From contig NC_045696.1 in the NCBI RefSeq assembly GCF_009834535.1, forward strand, positions 36,520,001 to 36,584,000: a stretch of DNA of 64,000 bases. Reading direction: 5' to 3'. Source of the stretch: Camelus ferus (Eukaryota). Below, piece after piece: positions 13,313 to 26,613 of the stretch (positions are counted from its first letter, which is position 1; every line of letters begins with the position of its first letter). The notes under the pieces are model-generated. The model saw only the letters and a program-made list of their open reading frames with translations. It ran no database searches and was not told where the DNA came from. Made by a program: the position numbers and the translations under genes.

Positions 13313-13913
13313 GTTATTATTGTTATTATTGTTATTATTATTATATTCACTAGTTTGTTTTAGACTTTATATTCCACATGTAAGTAATACACAGTATTTG
13401 TCTTTCTCTGCTTGACTTATTTCACTTAGAATAATACACTCCTAGTCCATCCATGTAGTTACAAGTGGCAAAATTTCATTCTTTTTTATGTTTGAATAGT
13501 ATTCCATTGTTATATATACACTACATCTTCTTTATCCATTCATCTATTGATGGACACTTAGGTTGCTTCCATATCCTAGCAATTATAAATAATGCTTCTG
13601 TAAACATTGGTTTGCATGTATCTTTTCAAATTAGTATTTTTCTTTTTTTCAGATATATACCCAGGACTGGAATTGCCACGTTCTATTTTTGTAGTTCTAT
13701 TTTTAGTTTTTTGAGAAATCTCCGTACTGTTTTCCACAGTGGCTGCACCAATTTCCATTCCCATGAATAGTGTATTAGGGTTTTCTTTTCTCCACATCCT
13801 TTCCAATGTTTGTTATTTGTTTTCGTTTTGATGACAGCCATTCTGATTGGTGTGAAGTGATACCTCATTGTGGTTTTAATCTGCATTTCTCAGATGATTA
13901 CTGATGTTGAGCA
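12961..13913 (-). mobile_element. 5'-truncated L1 (ORF2 C-terminus and 3'UTR)
   Basis: ORF 13683-13886 [20 protein letters not shown]...[13 protein letters not shown] is the L1 ORF2 C-terminal region; T-rich tail on the left. Confidence 0.95.
13263..13343. repeat. (TAT)n microsatellite inside the L1 3'UTR
   Basis: Directly visible TAT run with a few TGT variants. Confidence 0.95.
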
Positions 13914-14633
13914 AGAAAAAAGGTAATTGAATTTGATGTGACTGGAGTATAGATGCTGATGGGAACGGAAAAAGGCCATTCCCACAAACCCCTGAGAAGA
14001 TAATAGGAGTTTTCATAAACCTCTAAGTACTAGCTTTGCTTGTTTTTTTTTTTTTTTGACTTAAAAAAGTTATTATCAAACAAAGAAAAAGCCATCCGTA
14101 ATTTCGTTAACCTGCTAGTATATATATTCAATGCTTATTCTGCTAGTAATTTTTATTTGTACATATTTATATATATATGTCTATAGCTGAATCTTTTCCT
14201 GTAGTTGAAACTTTGTTTGCATTTAAATCTGTATCTGTAGTGATATCGATACCTATATCTGTATCTAAAAGTAGTATATCTTGGGAAATTCTGGGAATAT
14301 GGTGACAACTGGAAGGCAAAAAAACTCATAGTCAAGCTTTATAACAAAACTAGTTCATGAGTTATTCCTTTGAATTTCAAAATATAAGAGGTGGGGTCCA
14401 ATCACCAACAGCCACAAAACGTGCATAGTAATAACATCTTTATCAGAAGAAGCAAAAGGAAGTAATGGGGACTGAAGGACCTGAGATAGGTACTCATAAA
14501 ATAGCCATAGTACTCACTGAAAAGTGTGGTGTGTGGATTAGAGAAAAACAGCTAGATGTGGAAGGGTTTCTCCTGTTCCCATAGTGGGTGAGTAGGTTTA
14601 AGGATCTGGGCTTGGCCAACCCCCATGAACCTT

Positions 14634-14790
14634 CTTTTTTTTTTTTTTTTTTAAACATCTTTATTGTGGTATAATTCCTGTACAATAAACTACACATATT
14701 TCAGATGTACAATTTGGTGAGTTTTGACAGATGCATACACCAATGAAACCACCAACACAATCAAGATATCTACCGTTTCCATCACTCCCC
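14634..14790 (-). mobile_element. L1MB-like 3' end fragment
   Basis: Poly-T followed by ctttattgtggtataattc...gtacaatttggtgagttttgacagatgcatacac. Confidence 0.8.
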
Positions 14791-14799
14791 ATGAGGTGC

Positions 14800-14990
14800 A
14801 AAATATCAACATCTTGGGAAATGGATTATAAAGGGAAAGAATAAGGCATTTGTGTTGCCCTCTTGAACTGTACCACTGGCTGACCAAATGGTAGAAAAGG
14901 GAAGTATCTCTTTATAAAATTATTGCAGCTAATTGAAAATATGATAGAATTAGAGTATCATTATTTTTCAGAATAAAATGCTCTAATGTG
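14800..14990 (+). mobile_element. L1MC-like 3'UTR fragment
   Basis: aaagggaaagaataaggcatttg...gtaccactggctgaccaaat...gatagaattagagtatcatt. Confidence 0.45.
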
Positions 14991-17299
14991 AATTATTTCC
15001 ACCCACAATATGAAGTGACTGATAGTGTCTCTCACGAAAGCTTGCCAAACTAGACCCATTCTCCGTGCGTATATAAAATACATAATGCTATTTATAAGAA
15101 TGGAATAATACTGTAATATAAAATATAACATATATAAATATACAAAATAAAATGTATAACATATAAATGTATAATGTGTAAAACTATAATAATAATGTTT
15201 TCTTAGCTTTTAAAGTAATTTAAAAGGATATCATAAATATTTTCCCTCTTTTAGCATATTAAACAGCATTTCCCTCATTTTGCATAATCGTCCAGTATAT
15301 GGCTATATGATATCAGGCTCATAATTTAAGTAATATGCTATTTTTATTGGATATTTATTTATTTTTTTATTTATTTTCTATTATGAATATGCATTCAAGA
15401 AAACCTCTTGTAGTAGAATGTTTTCTGTAGCCTATAATTATTTTCTTAGGAAAGTAGAATTTTTAATCAAATATATTTTTAATGATTTTGATTCAAATTG
15501 TCAAATTTTCCTCCAGAAAAATTTACTAGTTTACACATCCACCAGTAGAGCATGATACCCCTATCCCTGCCTTATCCCTTTACGTATGTTTGTAAAAGTT
15601 TGCAGCAGTAGCAAGGATACATTACATTATTATTCAGGGATAACATTTTTTTTTATTTGAACACAATTTTAGGAAACAAGATTTAATTTACAGACGTTCA
15701 TTTAATCTGCAACTTTTATGTAAGGTCTAAAGTCTCAGGTATTTTTTTTTTTAATGCCTCTAAATTAAACCTTAAATGACTGTTTTCACTATTTTAAATA
15801 TTATGAAAGCTGGTAAAACAAAAATTAAAAAATAAATATGGACTTAGTAAAATAAAGTGTCTTATCTGGCCTTCTTTATTTGGTTAAAAAAAAAAAACTT
15901 GTCAGTAAAAAGGCCAATTAGCTATTTCAAAGTTTTCTATAAATGAATCAGTACTGTGTTTAACAAAGCTATGAGGTTAACCTGCAATGCATTTATTTAT
16001 CATTTACAATTTATTCTGATGAATTAGTCCAATTAGTCTCTTTATCTGCTTCTGCCATTAACAATTAGAAGCTAAGGAAAAATCCAGATTTAGGTTAACA
16101 TTTTTCTGTAAATTACTGAACATAGTTGAGAATAGATGGTAGACCCCCCCCCCCCCTTGAAACCATCTTTCACATATGATCAAAGTGAGCTTTGTAACTG
16201 CTGAAGATTGAGAGATTTCTAAAATGCAGGCCCTGATGTCGAGGTCTCCAATGGTCTGCGGTGGCGCTGGGCTTAGACAACCATCCATCTTCCTGGCAGA
16301 GATTCTTTCAAGTGACTCCTAAGCACTTGAGTATTGAATTTAGCCCAGCCTCTTCGGTATGAGAAAATCTCCTTAAAGGACCTAGGTGTGTGTTATCTAT
16401 TTTTTAAAAGAATTAAATGGTCATTTTTAATAATGGCAGAGCTCTGATGGTCTCTTGTTAATATTTGCTGGATATTTCCCAATAGATCTCTGTTTTTGCC
16501 TAACAATTTTCTTAAAACAATGTTGTTTTCAGAATAATGTTGCTCTTCCCTGGGGCAGTAGAGCTGAGCATCCAAGGTTATATTTCCTGTCTCTTATCAC
16601 GTGTCTGGAATCTCTCCACAATAAAGTATTTTGAACTTCATACGTACATCCTTCTTGATATGTATGTGAGATCTATAGTTTGTCATATTATTCTTCATCT
16701 TGCAGCTTTCACTCCTTTAATCAGAGCCATCTTTGTATAATTAGGAAGTGAATTAGTAAAAACAATATTTCAGGAATATTTTAGAATATATATCAAGTCA
16801 GGAGAGTGCCTTAGAGATTTCGTCAGCCCCTACAGGTTATAACAGAGGAAAGAGCTGAGACCAGAGAAGTTATGACTTTCCAGTGTTCACAAAGCAAGTT
16901 CACAGCTATTACTTTTTTAACTCTACTCAGAATATGAGTTAATTTATATTGCAATCCATGTAACAGCAATGAAAAAAATTATTGGTTTATTAATGGCTTC
17001 AAAAAGATTGAGTTACCAATATGGATCCTTTGAAGTTATATGCAGGAAATACATATTACTGTTTGTCTAGCTGATTTTTTAGAGTCATAGATACAGTACC
17101 AAATAAGCTGAAACATGTTAATATTGTTGCATTGATTTTTGTTCCATAATAAATTCATGTTGCTTTGCATTACTTTTATTCTATGGTACTTCAGAAATAC
17201 TGGGAAAAACAGATGATACCAATTTATAAGAGAGCTTTAAATAAATATTAAAATTAAATAGTAATGAGTATTTGATTACCAAAATGGACTTCAGTTGTG

Positions 17300-18257
17300 A
17301 TAAAGTAGCACACTTTCTTCCTGACCCCTTGGCAGCCTTGCCATGCTGGCTCATTATTTCTTGGAAAGGCGAACTTTCTCTGTCTTAATGGCATATGCTA
17401 CTCTGGTTTTCCCTTACATCTTGTGGACTTTTTGCTCTCTTTTAATCCTTTTTCTTAAAGTTAGTAATCTCTGAGCTTCTTTTCTTGATTCTTTTACATC
17501 CCCATTCAGTTTTTTAAAATTGAAGTATATTTGATTTACAATGTTGTGTTGGTTTCTGGTATACAGCATACTGATTCAGTTATACATTATACATTATATA
17601 TATATATATGTATGTGTATATATATATTCATATATAAAAAGTATATATTCATATTCTTTTCATTATAGATTATTATGTATATAGATTATTGTAGATTATC
17701 ATTATAGATTATATATAGATTATAGATTATCATTATAGATTATTGTATATAAATATATATTATATTTATTATATTTATTATAATTATTATATTTATTTAA
17801 TTATATAATTTACATATTATATACTTTATTATTTATATATTATATTATATTTATTTATTTTTATTATATATATTTAATCATATATAAATATATATATTTA
17901 TTCATTCTTTTTCATTATAGATTATTACAATCTATTACATATACTTCTGGGTGCTATGCAATAGGACCTTGTTGTTAATCTATTTGTATATAGTAGTTTG
18001 TATCTGTTAATCCCAAACTCCTAATTTACCCCTCCCCAACTCCTTTCCTCTTTGATACCCGTAAGTTTGTTTCCTGTGTCTGTGAGTCTGTCTTTGCTTT
18101 GTAAATAATTACATTTGTGTCATTGTTTTAGATTCCACATATAAGTGATATTATATGATATTTGTCTTTCTCCGACTTAGTACAATGATCTCCAGGGCCA
18201 TCCATATTGCTGCAAATGACATTATTTCATTCTTTTTTAAGCTGAGTAGTATTCCAT

Positions 18258-18293
<36 letters not shown>

Positions 18294-19670
18294 CACCACA
18301 TCTTCTTTATCTGATCATCTGTCAGTGGACGTTTAGACTGCCTCCATGTCTTGGTTAATATAAATAGTTGCTGCCATGAACACTGGGGTGCATGTATCTT
18401 TTCAAATTAGAGTTTTCTCCTGATAATATGCCCGGGAGTGGGATTACTGGATCATAGGGTAAGTCTATTTTCACTTTTTAAAGGAATCTCCATACTGTTT
18501 TCCATAGCGGCTGCACCAATTTATATTCCCACCAACTCTGAATGTTCCCTTTTCTCCACACCCTCTCCAGCATTTACTGTTTGTGGATTCCCTATATTTT
18601 TTGTGTTTTCAAATATTTCCACGTTTCCACCAATCATCTCTGCATACATGATTTCTATTATTTTCAGCTTTTTCCAGCTACTGAAACTGCATTTCTAACT
18701 GCCTGTTAAATAGGCTCATTTTGATGTTTGCTGATATATCAGGTTTAATTTGTCCAAATCTGAATTCATTATTTCCTCAACACCCTAAACCAGCTTGCCC
18801 TCCTTATTCCTCTTTCTGTTAATGTCACTTCTTTTTCCCAGTTGTTTAGGTTCAAAGCCTAGGAATAAATTTTCCTTATCGTATATCATTCCTTTGACAT
18901 TATGACACTCAAAGAATTGTCAAGACTTGCATATTTTACTTCTGAAATATTCTCTCATCCATCTTCAGTTTTGCATTTTTCTTCTACAATCATAATTCAT
19001 CTCTTCTCATACCATTGCAAGAGTGAACTGTTGGTCTCTCTACATCTGAAAGTCTTTGTAAGTTACACTGCAAATACATGTTATGTTAATCTGCTTAAAG
19101 CATAGCTCTGGCTCACATGTTCAAAGGCTACCAATGGTCCCTACTGGCTAACAGTGTTTTTTTTTTTTTTTTTTAATTTTGATTAAAGCATAATACTTTC
19201 TCTAGGAAATGGCTCCCTACTACCTTGCTATCATCTTTTCTCTCACTTTGCTGCAGGTGCCCTATCCAAGTGCTTCTCAGATTTAACATGTGTACTAATC
19301 AAATGCAGATCATGTGCTTCTCTCTGGAAGTACTATCTGATTTCTTGGTTTTGTGCTATTCACGGACTGTAATACCTTGTCTCTCATCTTCCTCTATTAT
19401 AATCCTATTCCTCCTTGAAAGCACATCTTGAAAGCCACCGTATCCATGAGATCTTATTTGCATGAATTTTATGTCCTCTCTCAAATTCTCAAACATCTAT
19501 TTGTATATTGTTCATAACACCTAAACTAGATGACCTCGAATGATATTTTCCCAAATAGAAGGTTAGAAGTATGAAGATGGGCTTTGCTTTATTTCACTCT
19601 AAATCCCCTATAGACTTTGCACAACACTTCGCATGCATTAGGTGCTCAGTAACTATTGTTTGAATGGGAT
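17300..19670 (+). mobile_element. L2 LINE remnant split by a younger L1
   Basis: L2 motifs on both sides of the L1 (tgtccaaatctgaattcattatttcc; gcacaacacttcgcatgcattaggtgctcagtaactattgtttgaatg). Confidence 0.65.
17509..18590 (-). mobile_element. 5'-truncated L1 3' end with an internal AT-rich expansion and (TG)n
   Basis: ttgaagtatatttgatttacaatgttgtgtt 3'UTR; ggctgcaccaatttatattcccaccaac ORF2-end motif. Confidence 0.9.
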
Positions 19671-20149
19671 TATTCCACATGTGACCACACTGGTAGAATA
19701 AACTAGCAAACAGACTTCAGTTCATAATTAATGTTTGTGATATTTCCTGTAAACTGGAAAGCTTAGATTCTCTTTAGCTGTGGCCTTTTCAGAAATGTCT
19801 GTATAAATTCCAAATATCAAACTCTGCCCTATTGTTAAAACAACAGCAGATTTCAAATCAACTTGATGTTTGAAATTAAAAAGGAAAATGCTAAGTAGTA
19901 ATGAATATGAAGAAGGTTAAACCTTTTATTTATTTATTTATTTTAAGGAAAACTTAAATTGGTGCATTAAGTAGGAACAGGGTATTCCTGTGGCTGAACT
20001 GGATTCTTTTACCAAGCTGTTCAACATACTGTTTAAGAATTGCTGAGCATTCTCAGTGGTTGTCCTAATTTGTCACCACCCAGGCAGAGGGAGAATTGTG
20101 TCCATTGTTAAGTGAGAATTGCTAGAGCTTTAGACTTAAAGGAAAAATG

Positions 20150-20340
20150 TACCTGGGGTGCTCATTCAGCCATTCGTATTTCTTGTGCTATTAATTTGTG
20201 CCAAGCAACGTGTGACAGATGCAGAATTCAGAGCCATAATCTTCTTATAATCAGCCAAAAACCTAGTGGGAGAGACGGAAAAATAAACTCACTAACACAA
20301 TAGTGTGACAAGTGGTTAAAAAATTGGGAAGCTATAGAGT
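20150..20340 (-). mobile_element. L2 3' end fragment
   Basis: cattcagccattcgtatttcttgtgctattaatttgtgccaagca. Confidence 0.45.
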
Positions 20341-20408
20341 CTAAAAAAAACCAGAATTCCTTTGATAGAACAGGCAGGGGTGGACATTTCATAGTGAGCG
20401 GCATTCCA

Positions 20409-20625
20409 CAGTCTTTTTTTTTTTTAATTATCACCCTCCTAAGGAGCCTTTTTAGACCTAGACCCACCCCCATGAAATAAATACCACAGATATATTGTAT
20501 GTCCCTTTATGTTCTGTGGTGTGTTGGAGAGTCATAAATCATTATTTAATCCTTACACTTTTTGTCCTCCCTAAGAGCCAATTTTCACCCCTTTGGGGCA
20601 ATATCACCCCCTTTGAAAATGCCTG
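20409..20625 (+). mobile_element. MER112-like hAT-Charlie MITE
   Basis: taaggagcctttttagac, ataccacagatata and ccaattttcacccctttggggcaatatcaccccc motifs. Confidence 0.65.
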
Positions 20626-20799
20626 GCATGGAGGGACCAACTGCCTAGACCTAGTCAGTTAATTTGAATACCCTGGGGTCAACCTTGAGAAAACTTTTGG
20701 TGTCCTACTGCCCTCAGATTGTTGTCTCTACCTTGCTGTCAACAATTTTCAATTGATTATAGCTTAAATATTGCAGCTAGCTGGCTTTTGGGGTAACCT

Positions 20800-21280
20800 T
20801 CTCCTCATTTAGTAGGTTGAGATTCTGCTGTAACAGAAAAATGAGAACTAACCATGGTTTTTGCAGGGTAGTTTATTGCTCATTCTCTTTAAAATAGAGA
20901 AAGTCCAGAGATGAAGAAACCAGGACTGGGAGTACGACTCTGCTCTGCGGTGTCTGGAAGGACCCAGGCCCCTTCCAGTGCATGCTGCTTTGTCACTGTA
21001 CACTGGCCCTTGTCTGAGTTGGCATCTACAACCTAGTAACAGGAGAAGGGAACACAGAAGTAGGGGGAAGGCCATGTGACAGTCGTCTGTTAAGATAGGA
21101 TTCAGGAAGCTGCCACAGAGTATTCCTGCTCATAGCACATTGGCTAGGACTTAGTCACATGCCCTCACCTGGCTATGCAGGAGGCTGGGACTGCTGCCTT
21201 TATTCTGGTGTCTTATGCCCAGATAAAATTTTTATGAAAAATGAGAATGGATAGTGAGGGAGCACCATGGCTTTTGTTAT
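20800..21280 (-). mobile_element. MLT1K-like MaLR LTR
   Basis: cattggctaggacttagtcacatgccctcacctggctatgcaggaggctggga...gagaatggata. Confidence 0.65.
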
Positions 21281-21399
21281 TTCCTGACAGGAATTTTTAC
21301 TTTGAAGAAATTATTTTTGCTAGATAAGTAAAATTGCAGCATTGATTAGGTCAAGATACAATGCATTAAAATAACCCACAGTTAAATATTTAACAAATC

Positions 21400-22440
21400 A
21401 AACTCCTTTGTATATTCATTCTTCCCAATATAGTTCTCAATCTAGGCATGGTTTTTGTATTTTTATACTTAGTAGACAGATATAATTATTTCTTTTTCAT
21501 TTAGTGTTATAAATAAGTATTTTTCCATGTTGTTATGAAATCCTCATAATTTTAGTGGCTTTATATTTGTTACAATGAAAATTTTTATGTATGTTAAATT
21601 TTCCTCACTTTCTCTTATCATTTTATTTATTTCCTTTTTCTATCCCCCTACCAAAAGTGAGATAATTGGGTTAAAGAATACAATCATTTTATGTCTTAAT
21701 GTATACTGAAAAATAATTTTTCCAAAAGAAATTTGCCAATTTATTATGCTATATATGAGAATGTCTGCTTGATTACCAAATTCCCTCATTTTATTGGTTT
21801 AAAAAGGCTCATTACTTTTATTTCAGTGCAATCTTTTGATAACTAGCAGAGTTGAACAGTTTTACGTAGATTTATTTTATTTTACTAATTTTAATTCAGA
21901 TTGTTCATATTCTTTTCTTTCATTTTAGTGTTATTTTTCATACCAATTTTCCTGTGCTTTTTATGTAGTATAGTTACTGCTTTTTATATGTAACATTTGC
22001 TGCAAACATTTTTCTGGATCTGTTTTCTATCTTTAAAATCATTATTATATCTTTTTTTTATTATTAAAAATTTTGTATAATGTAAAATAGCCATTTTATG
22101 CATATTGAGTTTATATATTATATAATAAGTTTATATTTGGTTTCTATTTATTTCTCCAAATTCCTCAGCACTTATTACACTCCATTTTAGAATAGCTCCT
22201 CCCTTTACATCTGTGATGTGGCATTTATAATAAGTAAACATAATATACATGTGCATGCAAGTATATATGGATATGGATGTAATTGGAATTATTATTTCAT
22301 TTTGTTTGTTTTCCACAATAATTTCCACTGGTTTAATGATGTTTTAAAATATGCTTGACAGTGACGAATAATGTTAGCTCTCATTTTACCTGTCATAAAC
22401 TTTCTTTTAAATAATATCTTTCAGAGATTTAGCCTTTTTT
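21400..22440 (-). mobile_element. Old L1 (L1ME-like) fragments
   Basis: T-rich diverged L1 motifs (ttttccaaaagaaatttgccaattta; tttgctgcaaacatttttct). Confidence 0.4.
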
Positions 22441-23476
22441 AAAAGATATTTTTTAATGGAGTATCATTGAAGAGGACAAATCCTACTGATAAAACTGGCT
22501 GTGGACATTGGGGCTAAGTTTTGACAGTTGGCAGTGAATACTGAGGAGTGAAGCAGCCCCCTCGAAACTCCTCCCAACCCCGACCCCAAGCAGTAGTACC
22601 TGTGGAGAATACTTGGAGAGTATTTGGGCTCACAGGTGTTGGAGGGAGGCACAAGCTCAAATGTCTGTCCTATATCCTGAGGCTAAGTTCTAGGTCACCT
22701 GATTACTTCTCATCAATCATCTTTCTAGGTAAGTGACATTTAGAGATAACATTTGTCTCCAACTCCCCGAAGAAACATTGCCTTCCTTATGTTGGCATAC
22801 GGCCTGGCAAACAACCACTAGTATCTTTCCAATCCCTGTTCTAGAGCCTGAGAGAAGACCAAGGAATAAGAGAAGGGAGGAGGGATCTTTAGCAGAGAAA
22901 CTGACCTAAAGATGCATGTTGGGGTGAGGGGAGAAATAATTAAGAGGGAATGACTGGGGTGATTCAGCTATGGGCAGTTCTCTTTAGTTTCTCTTCACAC
23001 TTAAATATATGTGAGCATTTGATATTTGTTCCTTTGAGTTATTCTAACATCTCATGGCCTACACCAAAGTAGAACACTATTGTCTAACTTAAAATTATAT
23101 GCAAGTTTAACTCCTTTACATGCAAGTTTTTCCTCTTTGTTATAAGAACAAATATAAAACCACAGGAAGGGACTGATTTACATACATTTACATACTTTAG
23201 GCAGTCATAGCTTGAGATGAGTTTCTTTGAAGATGCAAGTTGAGGTTTTATTCACTAAATCATCCAGGTTTGCCACTTACATCAAATAGTTCTTGAGCTC
23301 CACAGTTTCCATTGTACATATATAAGCTCAGTAGGAGGAATGACATTATATTGGTGCTAAACTATGTATCTTATTTTCTTATATAATTTTTATAAAAAAA
23401 TAAGTAGGGAAGGTTGACTATTTTGGTCACTGATTCCTAAATCTGTCCAAAAGGAGGAACAAATAAAGACTTGATT

Positions 23477-24083
23477 TGTTACAGCAGGGAGATAGCCACG
23501 TATGAGCAGAGAAAGGGGGATGCAGGCCAAGTGACAGGAAACCATACATCATGTAAACAACAGGGGTCCCTGGGCAGCCAGAGAAAAGCAGGAACCTCTG
23601 GGCTGATAAGCAGTCACACATTTTGGGTGACAAGTGCCCTGGAGTCTGACAAAGAAAGGTGGGAAAAGGCAGGAATCTCCAGTGTCTCCAGTGTCTAACC
23701 GTTTGCTCATTATGCCCTCATTTCAATAAAATTAGCCTTTGGGATTAGAAGTACCCATCATGCACTGACGCCATGACCCTTTGGATCCAGGCTAAATAAG
23801 GATAATAATCCCACTTCCCTTCAGGAAGGTGGAGTTGGGATGAAAATCAGGGAATATGACCCCAAACCCTTCCTTTCCTAGTGAATATTCTGCCTATTCA
23901 TTTTTACACCGTATGCAATCAACTTGCCAAAGAAACTCAGGGCAGCCGCTCACCTGAGCCTGCCTGCTCTCTCCTTGAGAGTGCACTTTCCATCCTTTAA
24001 TAAATCCTCACTTTACTTTCTTAATCTCCATCTAATCTCTGAATTCTTTCTGTGACAAGACAAGAACCTAATCACCGGCAACA
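23477..24083 (+). mobile_element. ERV1-type solo LTR (607 bp)
   Basis: Termini TGTT...AACA; exact 4-bp TSD GATT (23473-23476, 24084-24087); AATAAA at 23999-24004 followed by a U5-like tail gaattctttctgtgacaagacaagaacc. Confidence 0.9.
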
Positions 24084-25154
24084 GATTTATTATAAAATTT
24101 CACAAAATTCAGCTGACAAATTCCACCAACCTTTCTTCCCTCATAGTCTCCATCAAAATGAATTCTTTAGAGAAATAAAAATGTAAAGGAATAGTCAAAA
24201 TACATGTCAAATGTCAATGAAAAGCAAATGTTACAGCAGACCTCTCTCAGCCAAGGAAACATTCATTTTAACAAGTATTCCTGTCTGTCTAATTTTTCTC
24301 TTGAATACTGCTAAGGTAAATACCCACACTAAACCAACCTTCAGGGTTTTTTTGACTATTTGCTGTGCTTCTGTGGTTCAATCCATTAGAAAACTAGCAG
24401 TACATAGCGCTTCCCACACTCCACTCAAAGAATCACAATTTCACAGTTTGGCTCCCACCACTGCCTTGCAGGGCTGCTATCATAATGAGTTTCTGGCTCT
24501 AGATACGCAGGCAGACGTCTCTTATGTTGGCCTCTCAAAAGGGAAGGAGAGAAACACTAGAGGAAACAGCAATTATATCAATATATAATAACAAAAATGC
24601 TATAGAGTGTTCCCAATACTTATCAGTATGTTACTGAAGTAGTGTCTCTCTGTCCCTCAGACAATAATTTATTTTTTTCAAGAAGACAGATGCAGATTTG
24701 TACAAGCTAAAATCTAGGAAGAAGCCTGAGAAGCTTTATGCATTGTTTATTCAGAGCATTATTTAACTGAGGTTTTATCTGTGTCTGTCTGTCTGTCTAT
24801 CTATTTATTTAAACCAGAAGAAAAGAAATGACCAAATCCAAGAATTTAATCAAATTTAAAATTGATTAAATCAGAATTTAAAATTTCTGATACAAAAAAC
24901 TTTTAATGATAAGGTGTTTATTTTTTTAAAATCTGTGTTATTAAAATATTATGAAAATAGATCAGTTTGAGGACATACTTTCATCACATACAGGACGATA
25001 GGGCATAATCAATATATGTTTTGTAGTACTTTTCTAAAAAACAAGGTCGTTGAGCAATCAGAAGAATCTAAAGTTGTTTTAGCATGTGCTACTCCAGTGC
25101 TCTGGAGACATATGGCATTGGACTCCTCACTGGCACTCCTTCTCACCAGGGGCA

Positions 25155-25402
25155 ATGTGATATATGAGAAATTGTACTGGCCTTGAAGTCAGCTAAACTT
25201 GGGGACACATTACAGCCTCTCACATACTCCTGTGGCTCTGGATAAGTTTCTTAACCTTTCTGTCTCTCCCTTTTGCAAGATTTTAAAAAGTGATACAAAT
25301 ATCTATCCTGCAGGGTCTTTGTGAACACCTCTGATAATGTATATACAGTATCCACTGTAGTGGCTGTAACACCACCAGGATTCAATAACTAGAAGCTATT
25401 AT
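25155..25402 (+). mobile_element. MIR SINE, near full length
   Basis: gaagtcagctaaacttgg...ggataagtttcttaacctttctg...ttcaataactagaagctattatt. Confidence 0.7.
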
Positions 25403-26613
25403 TCTTCCTTCTCTTATCTAGCCTGCATTGTTTCCTAGGGCATGTGTGGCAAATATATCTTAATTGTACTTGCATTTCCACCCTCATCCTCTTCCCACAC
25501 CCCTGGAAGACACTGTAAATTGATAATGGCTCCGTATTATACTGTGTTTGGACAGTTTTAGAATCTAATTATCTTACAAATTTGCTAGGGAGATACTGTG
25601 TTACGTACTTTTTTTGAGGGTAGGTGTTACAATTTCAAGTACACATTGCATGCAATAAAAGATAGATTTGCTACATCATTTCTCCGTTTTGTTATTTGAA
25701 TTTATTATAGTTTAGCGGTCTTTGTTTTATTTGTTTGTTTTGCGGTACTAATGGCCTTTATTGTTTGCAACGGGAAGTGGCAGAGAAGGGGATACGACAG
25801 CTTCTGCTCCCGGGCTGGTTCCATGGATTCAGTTGCCACCCTTCAGTTTAGTTTTGTGCAATCCTGGAAGAATTAAGTAAGTGGGGACTATTTTGTGCCA
25901 TCCGTGTTTTGAAAGTAATTTTCTTTAGGACTGATGCTGAATAGAGTCAGGTTTTATTATGAACAGGTATCTAACTCCCACCTGATTAATCTCTACTCAT
26001 TTCAGGAAGAGATCCAGAAATCAAAAGGCAAAGAGGCAAAAAATCCCCCACACTCAATTTTTCCTTTCTTATGTTGAAAAAGTCCAGAACCAGGTATGCT
26101 TATGGGAACTAAACCTTTATAGAATGGGGAAACCTAGTGATGCCCCAAAGAGGAACAACACTTAGTGCCAGCCCAAAGCAAAAAGTTCCCAAGGACTACT
26201 GCATCAAGACAGGTGGGGAGAGTTATGATAGAGAGCTGTAGGAATTGCTTTTATTTCCCTGTTATCTTTTTTTTTTTTTCAGTTTTATTGAATACCACGA
26301 GTTAGATCTCTGTGTAGACTAATAAGACCTCTCTGCAATTATATTTTTCCCTTAACTCTGCCTTAGGAGGGTCCCAACAGTTTTCAATGGTGTTGCTTTT
26401 TTCAATAAATTTTAAACTTCTAGCTGTTTTTTAAAGACATTGTTCTTTTAAAATGGAGGACTTCAATAAAAAATGTAAAACAATGTATGTATGTAAGTAT
26501 GTATGTATGTATGTATTTAGAGATGAGAACATACTTATTAAGTAAATAGTGAGCAAAACTCCATTTTAGAGACAAAAGAAAAATATTTAAATTTAGGGTG
26601 ATGGCTTTCTTGA

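Noticed and set aside
12950..13931. Inverted repeat flanking the L1 (ttgaattacacctttttt / aaaaaaggtaattgaa)
   Set aside because: Short, gapped and low-complexity, so compatible with chance.
24211..24588. 125-aa ORF as a host gene
   Set aside because: No recognisable domain or splice context; ORFs of this length are expected by chance in 64 kb.
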